Assembly: GCA_963702475.1 (NCBI GenBank)
Contig: CAVPCT010000005.1
Location: forward strand, 768,001 to 832,000
DNA: 64,000 nt
Direction of reading: 5' to 3'
Source of the DNA: an uncultured Thermoleophilia bacterium
Lineage (GTDB): Bacteria > Actinomycetota > Thermoleophilia > UBA2241
Shown: piece after piece, positions 24,612 to 33,296 of the stretch
Numbering within the stretch: position 1 is the first letter of the stretch
Layout of the letters: every line of letters starts with the position of its first letter
Notes under the pieces: generated by a model
Database searches by the model: none
Seen by the model: only the letters and a program-made list of their open reading frames with translations
What the model was told of the DNA's origin: nothing
Translations under genes and position numbers: made by a program

Positions 24612-24692
24612 TCAGTGGATCTTGCTGCTGCCGCCACCGGCCACGAGCGCAAGGAGGAGGGAGGCGAGGGTGCGTTCTATCTTCTTGCTCAT
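24612..24692 (-). CDS. 26-aa signal-peptide-like micro-protein MSKKIERTLASLLLALVAGGGSSKIH
   Basis: ATG at 24692, TGA at 24612; basic N-region, hydrophobic core, polar tail; co-oriented and ~61 bp upstream of the HD-GYP gene. Confidence 0.7.
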   Translation of the reverse strand: MSKKIERTLASLLLALVAGGGSSKIH

Positions 24693-24708
24693 GATGACCC
24701 CGCCCCAG

Positions 24709-24792
24709 TCAGTGAAGCTTGGCGTAGTCGGCCGTGATGTGGAGCTTGGCGTAGTCGGCCGTGATGTGGAGCTTGGCGTACTCAACGAACAT
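24709..24792 (-). CDS. 27-aa repeat micro-protein MFVEYAKLHITADYAKLHITADYAKLH
   Basis: Strong SD AGGAGG 5 nt before ATG at 24792; in-frame 27-bp repeat; TGA at 24709; codons mostly GC-ending. Confidence 0.75.
   Translation of the reverse strand: MFVEYAKLHITADYAKLHITADYAKLH
24712..24780. repeat. 27-bp tandem repeat, ~2.5 copies, encoding YAKLHITAD
   Basis: gagcttggcgtagtcggccgtgatgtg repeated, with one synonymous difference. Confidence 0.95.
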
Positions 24793-25044
24793 GGAATCCT
24801 CCTAAAGTCCCGGCGACAACTGCCGATGAATTGTGGTTGACGACTGCCTTGGCACTCTCGCAGCGACGCTCGCGGAAGCCCACCCCTCAGGCTTTGGACA
24901 TCCCGCGCAAAGCGGCGCGTGAACGATTGCCAGAATGGACAACACATTTTGTGGCGCCCGCGGCAATCGTCATCCCAAGCTTGCCAGCACCCTCGCGCAC
25001 GCACGCGCGAAGGCGAGTCGTGCCGAAGCCTGCGCGAAGGAGCG

Positions 25045-26344
25045 GTGACCGGCCCAGCGAAGCTCTCCGGGTCACCGCGGTCGTCCGGCGCCGGGAGGCA
25101 TCATCGAGGCCAACAGCATCAGGCGGGTCGACAGGAGGACCAGCGCCCGCCGCGCGTCGCTCGCGCGCAACGGCAACTTCGCGCTCCTGTGGGCGGGCCA
25201 GTTCGTGTCGCAGCTGGGCGACAGGCTGGCGATGGTCGCACTGCCGTGGCTGGTGTACCGCGCCACCGGGTCGGCCCTGAGCACGGGCGTCGCCTTCGCC
25301 CTCTACACGTTGCCCTACGTGCTGTTCGGAGCCTTCGCCGGCGTGCTCATCGACCGGTTCGACAAGCGCCTGGTCATGATCGCCTCCGACCTTGTGCGGG
25401 TCGCGCTCGTGATGCTCGTGCCGCTGGCGGCGCAACGGTCTCTCTGGGCCGTGTTTGTGTTGAGCTTCCTCATCGCGAGCGCCGCCGTGTTCTTCGACCC
25501 CTGCAAGCTCGCGCTCCTGCCGGATCTGGTCCCGCGTGAGAAGCTGCTGCGCGCCAACTCACTGCTGGCCACCGGCGAGAACCTCACCGAGATCCTGGGG
25601 TACACCGCCGCGGGGTTCGCGCTCGCGTACATCTCGACCACCAACGTCTTCCGCATCGACGCGGCCACCTTCGCGGTGTCGGCCGCGTCGCTGGCGCTGA
25701 TCCGCTACAGGGCCCCGGTGCGGGCGGCGACGGAGAAGGCCGCCCGCTCGTTCTGGCGCGACCTGCGCGAGGGCTTCGCCTTTCTCCGGCACCACCGCGG
25801 CCTGCTGACGAACACCATCATGGTCGTAGGCTGCGTGGCGGGGCTCGGGGCGTCCTACCCGCTCGCCTTCCTGCTCGCGGTGGACGTGTTCGACGCGGGC
25901 ACGGCGGCATTCGGCGTGTTCGAAGGGATGGTCGGCCTCGGCTACCTCGTGGGCTCGCTCGCGCTGGCGGCCCTGGCCCAGCGTGTGCCGCAGGGCCGCG
26001 CCATGGTCGCGGGGCTGATGCTCATGGGCGCGAGCCTGTCTCTGGTGGCCGCGGCCGGGGGCGTGTGGATCGCCTGCATCCCGTTCGCGGTCCTCGGCGT
26101 GGCCAACGCGGCGGCGCTCATCGCGATCGACACCTACCTGCAGAACGTCGTGCCCGAACACCTTCGCGGCAGGGTGTTCGGCACGCGGTTCACGCTCACG
26201 CAGGGCGTCTACGCGCTGGCGGTGCTCGCCGGCGGCGCGCTCGCCACCATCGTGGACATCCGCGTGCTCTTCATCGTCTGCGGCCTGCTGATCGCCGTGC
26301 CGGCGCTGGCGGGCCTGTTCGTGCGCGAGATCCGCGACGCGTGA
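25045..26344 (+). CDS. MFS transporter (macrolide-efflux/DHA3-like); 5' start ambiguous, possible frameshift at ~25095
   Basis: RNGNFALLWAGQFVSQLGD, GVLIDRFDKR; ~12 TM. The conserved N-terminus extends upstream of the called start at 25205; SD plus GTG at 25045 is one base out of frame. Confidence 0.85.
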
Positions 26345-26440
26345 GCGTGCTTCTGACCTCAGGCGGTCGGTGATAGCCTAGGTCCGGCCCGCGGCGGTCG
26401 CGGGCCTCGGCGTCCCCGCCCAGAGCGGGACGCGAACGCC

Positions 26441-27769
26441 ATGAGCACCTCGTCACCTGCACAGACTCCCACGCTCCCCGGCATGCCACGCTCCGCTTGG
26501 CTGCAACTCGGCGTGGTCTGCGTGGCCGAGTTCGTGGTGTGGACGGGCTTCGGCGCCATCATGCCGTACCTGCCGATCTTCCTGAAGGACCAGGCGCACA
26601 GCTCCATGTTCATGATCGGCGTCATCGCGGCGTCCTTCTACCTCGGCACGCTGCTGTTCTCGTCGCCCTTCGGCTGGCTCAGCGACACCGTCGGCCGCAA
26701 GCCCGTCATGCTTGGCGGCATCGTCCTGTACTCACTCGCCATGTTCCTGTTCACGCGCACGGCCGACCCCTGGTGGTTCGTGCTGTTCCGCTTCATGGAG
26801 GGCGTCGGCACGGCCGCGGTGGCGCCGGCGGCCATGGCGCTGGTGGCCGACATCACCACCGAACAGACGCGCAGCAGGGCCTACGGCATCCTCACCTCGG
26901 CGCAGTTCGGCGGACTCATCGTGGGGCCGGCGCTGGCGCCGCCCATCTACCACATGGCGGGCGGCGGCGTGTCAGGCTTCTACGCCATCTTCTACTTCGG
27001 CGCCGCCTTGGCGGCGGCCACGACCGTCCTCGTCGCCGCGCTCATCCGCGAGCCGGCCGTGACGCACCGCAGAAAGGCGGCGCGCGCCGGCAAGAAGGCC
27101 GAACGACCACCCTACCGGGCCATCCTCTCGCCGCCCATCATCGCCTTCCTCGTCATCGGGTTCACCGCCCACCTCTCCATGGGCGGCTGGGAGGTGGTGT
27201 GGAGCATCTGGCTCGAGCATCTCGGCGCGTCCATGACGTACATCGGCCTCACGTGGGTCGCCTTCAGCGTGCCCATGCTGCTCTCGTTCGCCGGCGGCAT
27301 GCTGGCCGACAAGTACAGCCGCTTCACCCTCATGTTCGTGGGCTACACGATCTCGGCCGTGTCCTGGATCCTGTACGGGACGACCACCAACCTCACGTTC
27401 TTCATCGTCATCAACGTCGTCGAGGGCCTCGCCATAGCGTTCTCGTACCCGCCCAAGCAGGCCTTTCTCATCCAGGTGAGCCCCCCGAAGTGGCTCGGCA
27501 CCGTGACCGGCATAGAGGCCACGTCGATGCAGCTCGCCGGCATGATCGGTACGTTCCTCGCACCGGTGCTGTACGGCTGGATGTCGGGGTACGTGCTGGC
27601 CCTGGGCGGAGTGGTCAGTCTCGTCGGCCTGGCCGCCACCGCGCCGGTGCTGCACCGCGAGTGGCGGCGCCTCTCGGCGCAGGGGCCCGTGCCGAGCACG
27701 AGCGAGCTGGAGAGCCGCGACGGCGCGCTGCCGGTGACGACGGCGGAACCGCCCTCGAGCCGGGAGTGA
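26441..27769 (+). CDS. MFS transporter (DHA1-like)
   Basis: GWLSDTVGRKP motif A; ~12 TM. Confidence 0.92.
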   Translation: MSTSSPAQTPTLPGMPRSAWLQLGVVCVAEFVVWTGFGAIMPYLPIFLKDQAHSSMFMIGVIAASFYLGTLLFSSPFGWLSDTVGRKPVMLGGIVLYSLAMFLFTRTADPWWFVLFRFMEGVGTAAVAPAAMALVADITTEQTRSRAYGILTSAQFGGLIVGPALAPPIYHMAGGGVSGFYAIFYFGAALAAATTVLVAALIREPAVTHRRKAARAGKKAERPPYRAILSPPIIAFLVIGFTAHLSMGGWEVVWSIWLEHLGASMTYIGLTWVAFSVPMLLSFAGGMLADKYSRFTLMFVGYTISAVSWILYGTTTNLTFFIVINVVEGLAIAFSYPPKQAFLIQVSPPKWLGTVTGIEATSMQLAGMIGTFLAPVLYGWMSGYVLALGGVVSLVGLAATAPVLHREWRRLSAQGPVPSTSELESRDGALPVTTAEPPSSRE

Positions 27770-27814
27770 GATGAGGGCGCCCGCCCCGGCCGGTCGCGAG
27801 ACCCCGGACTGCCC

Positions 27815-28897
27815 TCAGGAGCGGCGCACCTCGCGGTAGAGGGTGTCCCTCTGCACGGGAACGCGTCCGGCGGCGCGGATGAGCCCCACCATCTGCGGCA
27901 CGTCGCACTGGTTGCGTACGCCGGCGGCCGCCACCACGTTCTCTTCGATCATGGTCGAACCCATGTCGTTGGCCCCGAAGGCGAGTGCGACCTGCCCCAT
28001 GCGCAAGCCCTGCGTGACCCAGGACGCCTGGATGTTGGGCACGTTGTCCAGGTAGATGCGGCTGACGGCCAGCAGGCGCAGGTAGTCGACGCCGGTGGCG
28101 GGGACGTGGCCGGCCGCAAGCTCCGTGTTGCCGGCCTGGAAGGTCCACGGGATGAACGCCGTGAAGCCGCCGGTCTCGTCCTGGAGCTCACGGATGCGGC
28201 GCAGATGCTCTACGCGTTCGGCGACCGTGTCGAGCGAGCCGAACATCATGGTCGCCGTGGTCTTCATGCCCAGGCCGTGCGCCGTGCGCATCACGTCCAG
28301 CCAGACATCGGTGGGTATCTTGTGCGGGCTGATCTCCAGACGCACGCGGTCGACCAGCACCTCCGCCCCACCGCCGGGCAGGGAGTCGAGGCCGGCGGCC
28401 CGCAGGCGCCGCAGCGTCTCCTCCACGCTGAGGCCGCTGACCTTGGCGATGTGGACGACCTCCGGCGGCGAGAGCGAGTGGATGTGGATGGGATACGCCG
28501 CCTTGATGCCGCTGAAGACACGCTCGAACCAGCAGATGTCCAGGTCGGGGTGCAGGCCGCCCTGCATCATGATGGCGGTGCCTCCGAGGGCGAGGGTCTC
28601 CTCCACCTTGCGGTGGATCTCGTCCTCGCCGAGCAGATACCCCTGCCCGCTCCCCGGCTTCTTGTAGAAGGCGCAGAAGCGGCAACCGGAGATGCAGTAG
28701 TCGGTGTAGTTGATGTTGCGGTCGACGATGAAGGTGACGTCGTCGCCGGGGTGGAGGTGGCGACGGACGGCGTCGGCGCGCGCGCCGACGCCGAGCAGGT
28801 CGCCGGACTCGAGCAGGGCGACCGCTTCGCCGTCGGTGAGGCGGGCCGGCGGCGCCGGGCCGCCGGGCGGCACGGAGACGGTCTCGCGGGCGCTCAT
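27815..28897 (-). CDS. mqnC: Cyclic dehypoxanthinyl futalosine synthase (radical SAM)
   Basis: VTFIVDRNINYTDYCISGCRFCAF, GGFTAFIPWTFQ, NIQASWVTQG, GANDMGSTMIEENVV. Confidence 0.9.
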   Translation of the reverse strand: MSARETVSVPPGGPAPPARLTDGEAVALLESGDLLGVGARADAVRRHLHPGDDVTFIVDRNINYTDYCISGCRFCAFYKKPGSGQGYLLGEDEIHRKVEETLALGGTAIMMQGGLHPDLDICWFERVFSGIKAAYPIHIHSLSPPEVVHIAKVSGLSVEETLRRLRAAGLDSLPGGGAEVLVDRVRLEISPHKIPTDVWLDVMRTAHGLGMKTTATMMFGSLDTVAERVEHLRRIRELQDETGGFTAFIPWTFQAGNTELAAGHVPATGVDYLRLLAVSRIYLDNVPNIQASWVTQGLRMGQVALAFGANDMGSTMIEENVVAAAGVRNQCDVPQMVGLIRAAGRVPVQRDTLYREVRRS

Positions 28898-29397
28898 GGG
28901 AGCCCCTCGCCCGCGAGATCGAGCGCGAAGTGGACGAGGTACTCGCCGTAGGGACCAGGCTCGCGGTGGACGGAGACCCCCTCGATCGTCTCCTCGCCCG
29001 GGACCACGGCGAAGCCCAGACCGGTGTGGAAGGCGATCGAGACCGTGTTGACCGGCGCCGTGACGGCGCGGACCACGGAGCGGCCGCGCGCCCGCGCACC
29101 TGCGCAGAAGCGCCGGTAGAGGTCGCGGCCGAGACCCACGCGCCGCCACGCCGGGTGCACCCCGCAGAAGTGCACGTAGGCCTCCTCCGGATGGTCGCCA
29201 CAATCGAAGCCCACGAGAAAGCCGACCAGCCGATCCTCGTGCTCGACCACCAGCGAGGCCGAGCGGAAGTGCTCGAAGAAGACCCGCGGGACCATGGCGC
29301 GCAGGTCCCGGCCGCCCCACCACTCGGGCATCACGGCCATGACCCTGGCGTGATCGTCCGGAATGGGGCGGCGGAAGACGAGCGAGGAGCAGGACAC
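28894..29397 (-). CDS. GNAT acetyltransferase
   Basis: WWGGRDL...YVHFCGVHPAWRRVGLG...NTVSIAFHTGLGF. Confidence 0.85.
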   Translation of the reverse strand: MSCSSLVFRRPIPDDHARVMAVMPEWWGGRDLRAMVPRVFFEHFRSASLVVEHEDRLVGFLVGFDCGDHPEEAYVHFCGVHPAWRRVGLGRDLYRRFCAGARARGRSVVRAVTAPVNTVSIAFHTGLGFAVVPGEETIEGVSVHREPGPYGEYLVHFALDLAGEGLP

Positions 29398-29404
29398 GGC
29401 GCGG

Positions 29405-30415
29405 TCACCCGCCGGCGGGGGTCGCCGGTGCCGTGACCGGGCCGCCGCCGGTCGCCGGCGCAACGGCCGGGCCGCCGCCGGGACCGCCGGAGCCGGGTGC
29501 GCGGAACATCGCAGCGTCGAGGTCGGGCGCCGCGACGAGCTCGCCCGCAGCCACGGCGCGCCGGTAGAACTCGTCCAGCCCGGCGCGGTACTCCCGCGCG
29601 AACTCGAAGCGGAGCTTGCGGAAGTACTCGAGCAGGTAGCGCCGGCTGAAGTCGTACCGCTGCGCCGCCGCGCCCGCCGTCTCCTCCGGACGCGCGGCGC
29701 AGCGGTCGCGCGAGGCCAGGAGCGCCGCGCCGACCGCCGCGGCCGCCTGCGGCCGCGCGGCGGCGAACTCGCGACGCACGGCGCACACGGCGAAGACCAT
29801 GGGCATCCCGGTGACGGTACGCCACTCCTCGCTGAGGTCGTAGTGAAACGGGTAGACCTCGGCGCGCAGCACGTACAGCGCCTCGTCGCCGATGAGCAGC
29901 AGCCCGTCGGCGTCGGCGAGCACCTCCGCCAGCGACCCACGCCGCGGGACGAAGTCGGGCTCCATGCCCCACTCCCTGCAGAGCACCTTGAGGAGGCAGA
30001 TGGACGTAGCGCTCTTCTCGGTGAGCGCGATGCGGCGCACCTCCCGCAACGGCACACGCGTGAACAGCTGCACCGAGTCGACCGCGCCGAAAGCGCTGAT
30101 GGACACGTCCGGCAGAAGCGCCAGCTGCGGCGCGGCCCGCGCGAACGCGATCGACGAGGGCAGGGCGACGTCGATGAGGTCGTCCACCAGCATCTCGTTG
30201 AGTTGCGATGGGTACCCCTCGACGATCGTCGCGGACAAGCCGCGCCTCGCGAGCTCCTCCTCGAAGTGGTGGTAGAGCGGAAAACAGTTCACGAACTCGA
30301 TGCGGCCGACGCGAACGGGTTGAACCTCACCCTCACGTCGAAGGAGAGACTCCCGATGGGCGCCGGCCTCCGGTCCCGACGGACCGGCGCCCTCAGGCGG
30401 AGGCGCCGGCGTCAT
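29405..30415 (-). CDS. mqnA: Chorismate dehydratase
   Basis: RVGRIEFVNCFPL, GAVDSV, SATS, LLIGDEAL, DLSEEW..TGMPMVFAV; start uncertain. Confidence 0.9.
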   Translation of the reverse strand: MTPAPPPEGAGPSGPEAGAHRESLLRREGEVQPVRVGRIEFVNCFPLYHHFEEELARRGLSATIVEGYPSQLNEMLVDDLIDVALPSSIAFARAAPQLALLPDVSISAFGAVDSVQLFTRVPLREVRRIALTEKSATSICLLKVLCREWGMEPDFVPRRGSLAEVLADADGLLLIGDEALYVLRAEVYPFHYDLSEEWRTVTGMPMVFAVCAVRREFAAARPQAAAAVGAALLASRDRCAARPEETAGAAAQRYDFSRRYLLEYFRKLRFEFAREYRAGLDEFYRRAVAAGELVAAPDLDAAMFRAPGSGGPGGGPAVAPATGGGPVTAPATPAGG

Positions 30416-31526
30416 CGTAGCGACGCACCACGTTGTAGAGCGTGTCGCGCTCGACGGGGACGCGGCCGGCGGCGCGGATCACGCGGACGAGCTCAGCCTT
30501 GCTGAGCTCCTGCCCGGTGTCGACGCCGGCCGCGTGGCTGATCTTCTCCTCCACCACCGTGCCGTCCAGGTCGTTGACCCCGAACACGAGCGAGACCTGC
30601 GCCAGCTTGAGCCCGACGTTGATCCAGAACGCCTTGATGTGGCGGAAGTTGTCCAGCACGAGACGGCCGACTGCCAGCATGCGCAGGTCGTCGAACCCGG
30701 TGGGCCCGGGCAGGTCGCTGAGGCCGGTGTGCGCGGGCTGGAACGACAGCGGGATGAAGGCGTTGAACCCGCCGGTGTCGTCCTGGAGCTCGCGCAGGCG
30801 GACCATGTGGTCGGCGAGCTCTTCCGGCCGTTCCACGTGTCCGTAGAGCATGGTGGCGTTGGACTTGAGGCCGGCCTCGTGTGCGGCCCGCATGACGTCG
30901 AGCCATTCCTGCCCGGAGATCTTGCGCTCGCAGATGAGGTCGCGCACGCGCCCGCTGAACACCTCGGCGCCGCCGCCCGGCAGCGAGCCGAGGCCCGCCT
31001 GCTTGAGCTTGGTGAGCACCTCCTGCACGGGCTTGCCGCTGATGCGCGCGAAGTGGGCGATCTCGCTGGCCGTGAACGCCTGGATGTGCACATCGGGGTC
31101 GAGCTCACGGAGCGCGTGCATCATGTCCAGGTAGTACTGGAACGGCAGGTCGGGGTGCTCCCCGCCGACGATGTGGATCTCGCTGACGCCGCCCTCGGCA
31201 AGGGTCTCGCGGGCCTTCTCCACGACCTCGTCCACGCTCAGGGTGAAGGCGTCCGCATCCCCTTCGTCGTGACTGAACGCGCAGAACAGACAGCGGTTGC
31301 GGCAGACGTTGGTGTGGTTGATGTGGCGGTTGCGGATGAAGAAGACCTCGTCGCCCACGTCGCGGGCCCGGACGAAGTCGGCCATGGCGCCCAGCGCCAG
31401 CAGGTCGTTGGTCTCCAGCAGCGCCCTCGCCTGGGACGCGTCGAGACGGTCACCGGCCTCGACGGTGTTCCAGACACCTTCCAGGCCCGCACGCGCGGTG
31501 AGGGCAGCGATCTCGGTGGGATGCAC
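30393..31526 (-). CDS. mqnE: Aminofutalosine synthase (radical SAM)
   Basis: NRHINHTNVCRNRCLFCAF, EIHIVGG, HIKAFW, DLDGTVVEEKISHAAG. Confidence 0.9.
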   Translation of the reverse strand: MHPTEIAALTARAGLEGVWNTVEAGDRLDASQARALLETNDLLALGAMADFVRARDVGDEVFFIRNRHINHTNVCRNRCLFCAFSHDEGDADAFTLSVDEVVEKARETLAEGGVSEIHIVGGEHPDLPFQYYLDMMHALRELDPDVHIQAFTASEIAHFARISGKPVQEVLTKLKQAGLGSLPGGGAEVFSGRVRDLICERKISGQEWLDVMRAAHEAGLKSNATMLYGHVERPEELADHMVRLRELQDDTGGFNAFIPLSFQPAHTGLSDLPGPTGFDDLRMLAVGRLVLDNFRHIKAFWINVGLKLAQVSLVFGVNDLDGTVVEEKISHAAGVDTGQELSKAELVRVIRAAGRVPVERDTLYNVVRRYDDAGASA

Positions 31527-31545
31527 GGGGCAGACTCCAGACGTA

Positions 31546-32481
31546 TCAGCTGTAGCGGTCGACGACGTGCGCCGCCACCTGTTCGAGCAGGTCGCGCTCG
31601 ACCGCACCGGGACAGCCGGCGAGCACACTGCGAGCCTGCTCAATGTACCCCAAAGCGGCCGCGCGGGCACGCTGAAGGGCGCCGCTGCCGGCGATGACGC
31701 TGAGGGCTTCGTCCACCTCGTGTGCCGTGAGGTCCCGGCGTGCCAGGAGCGCCCTCAGTCCCGGTTCCGCCTCGAGCGCGTAGATCATCGGCAGCGTCAC
31801 CGTACCGTCGCGGACGTCGGTGCCCGGGCGCTTGCCGGTCGAGTGCTCGTCGCCGCTGCAGTCGAGGATGTCGTCGAACACCTGGAAGGCGAGGCCGATG
31901 AGGCGGCCGTACTCCGCAAGGGACGCGGCCGCCGGAGCCGCTTCGCCCAACAGCGCCCCAAGGCGGCACGCCGCAGCGAAGAGATCGGCGGTCTTGCGCT
32001 CGCAGCGACGCTCGTACTCCGCCACGGTCACCGTGACGCGGTAGGCGTCGTCGCGCTGCAGGACCTCACCCTGCGACAGGCCGACGGCGGCCGCACTGAG
32101 GCTGTCGACGGCGGCCGCGTCGCCGGTGCCGGCGAGCTCCTGGAACGCGCGCGCCAGCAGGAAGTTGCCGGCCGAGACGGCCATCTCGACCCCGAACGCG
32201 TGCGCGACGGTCGGGCGGCCGCGGCGCAACTCCGCGCGGTCCAGCACGTCGTCGTGCACCAGTGTCGCCATGTGCAGCAACTCGACGGCGGTGGCGCCGC
32301 GCAGGGCGGCTCGGCTGAGCGGCCGATCCGCGCGTGCGCAGAGCAGCGCGAGCAAGGGACGCACGCGCTTGCCGCCGGCCGCCAGCGTGGCCCGGCAGGC
32401 CTCGCCGAGGGCCCCGGGCGGGCCGGAAGCCACCGCGTCAAGACGGCGCTCCACACGCTCCATGGCGCGTCCGTAGCGCAC
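31546..32481 (-). CDS. Polyprenyl diphosphate synthase (HepT-like)
   Basis: GGKRVRP, LVHDDVLD..RRG, KTA, AFQVFDDILD. Confidence 0.92.
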   Translation of the reverse strand: MRYGRAMERVERRLDAVASGPPGALGEACRATLAAGGKRVRPLLALLCARADRPLSRAALRGATAVELLHMATLVHDDVLDRAELRRGRPTVAHAFGVEMAVSAGNFLLARAFQELAGTGDAAAVDSLSAAAVGLSQGEVLQRDDAYRVTVTVAEYERRCERKTADLFAAACRLGALLGEAAPAAASLAEYGRLIGLAFQVFDDILDCSGDEHSTGKRPGTDVRDGTVTLPMIYALEAEPGLRALLARRDLTAHEVDEALSVIAGSGALQRARAAALGYIEQARSVLAGCPGAVERDLLEQVAAHVVDRYS

Positions 32482-32522
32482 CTTCTGCCGGGCGGAGGCC
32501 CAGACCAGCTCCGGCCGGCCGC

Positions 32523-33296
32523 TCAGTGCCCCCCCTCGCCGTCCCAGGGCACCTCGCCCACGTGCAGGGCGACGGCGCCGAAGCCGAGACGTCTGTACCG
32601 CAGACGCACGAGGCCGGCGCGGCTCATGAGCGCGGCCAGCTCGCCCGCTCCAGGAAACGCCGCCACGGACGCCGGCAGGTACGCGTAGGCGCGTGGGTCA
32701 CCGGCCACGAGACCGCCGAGCCGAGGGACCACCTGGCCCATCCACACGCGCTGCACCGCCCTTTGCGGCCCGGCCGGCGCACTGGTGGATTCGAGGCACA
32801 CCACCCTGCCGCCCGGCCTGGTGACCCGCCGCATCTCGGCGAAGGCGCGCGGCACGTCGGGCACGTTGCGGACCCCCCACCCCACGGTGACGGCGGAGAA
32901 CGCACCGTCGGCGAACGGGAGGGCGAGGAGATCACCGCGGACGAACGAGACGCGCGCCGAGAGGCCGGGGTCGCCGCCGACCTTCTCCCGCGCGACCTGC
33001 AACATGTCGCCGGTGAGATCGAGGCCGACCACCGTGCACCGCGGCCAGGCGGCAGCGACGGCGAGCGTGAGGTCGCCGGTACCGCAGCAGGCGTCCAGGG
33101 CACGGCCGCCGTCGCCGACCAGCGCCTGCACGGCGGCGAGCCGTCGCCAGCCGGCGTCCAGGCCCAGCGTCATGAGGCGGTTCATGAGGTCGTAGCGGCG
33201 CGCGATGCCACTGAACATGGACTCGATCCGGGCCGGGTCGCGGTCCATGGGCAGCTCGGGCCCGCGGCGGGCGGGCCCGGCCTGATCGCGAGGCAT
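32523..33296 (-). CDS. menG: Demethylmenaquinone methyltransferase (UbiE/MenG)
   Basis: MFSGIARRYDLMNRLM, LDACCGTGD, YAYLPASV. Confidence 0.9.
   Translation of the reverse strand: MPRDQAGPARRGPELPMDRDPARIESMFSGIARRYDLMNRLMTLGLDAGWRRLAAVQALVGDGGRALDACCGTGDLTLAVAAAWPRCTVVGLDLTGDMLQVAREKVGGDPGLSARVSFVRGDLLALPFADGAFSAVTVGWGVRNVPDVPRAFAEMRRVTRPGGRVVCLESTSAPAGPQRAVQRVWMGQVVPRLGGLVAGDPRAYAYLPASVAAFPGAGELAALMSRAGLVRLRYRRLGFGAVALHVGEVPWDGEGGH

Noticed and set aside
24712-24780. Possible mini-CRISPR array
   Set aside because: Units are contiguous with no unique spacers, no cas genes are present, and the 27-bp period fits a coding repeat.
24612-25004. 130-aa ORF covering the repeat (TPSSTSRPT frame)
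   Set aside because: No SD and poor codon pattern. The alternative frame has AGGAGG-ATG and stops exactly at the repeat end. Only the last 26 codons are retained, as ORF2.
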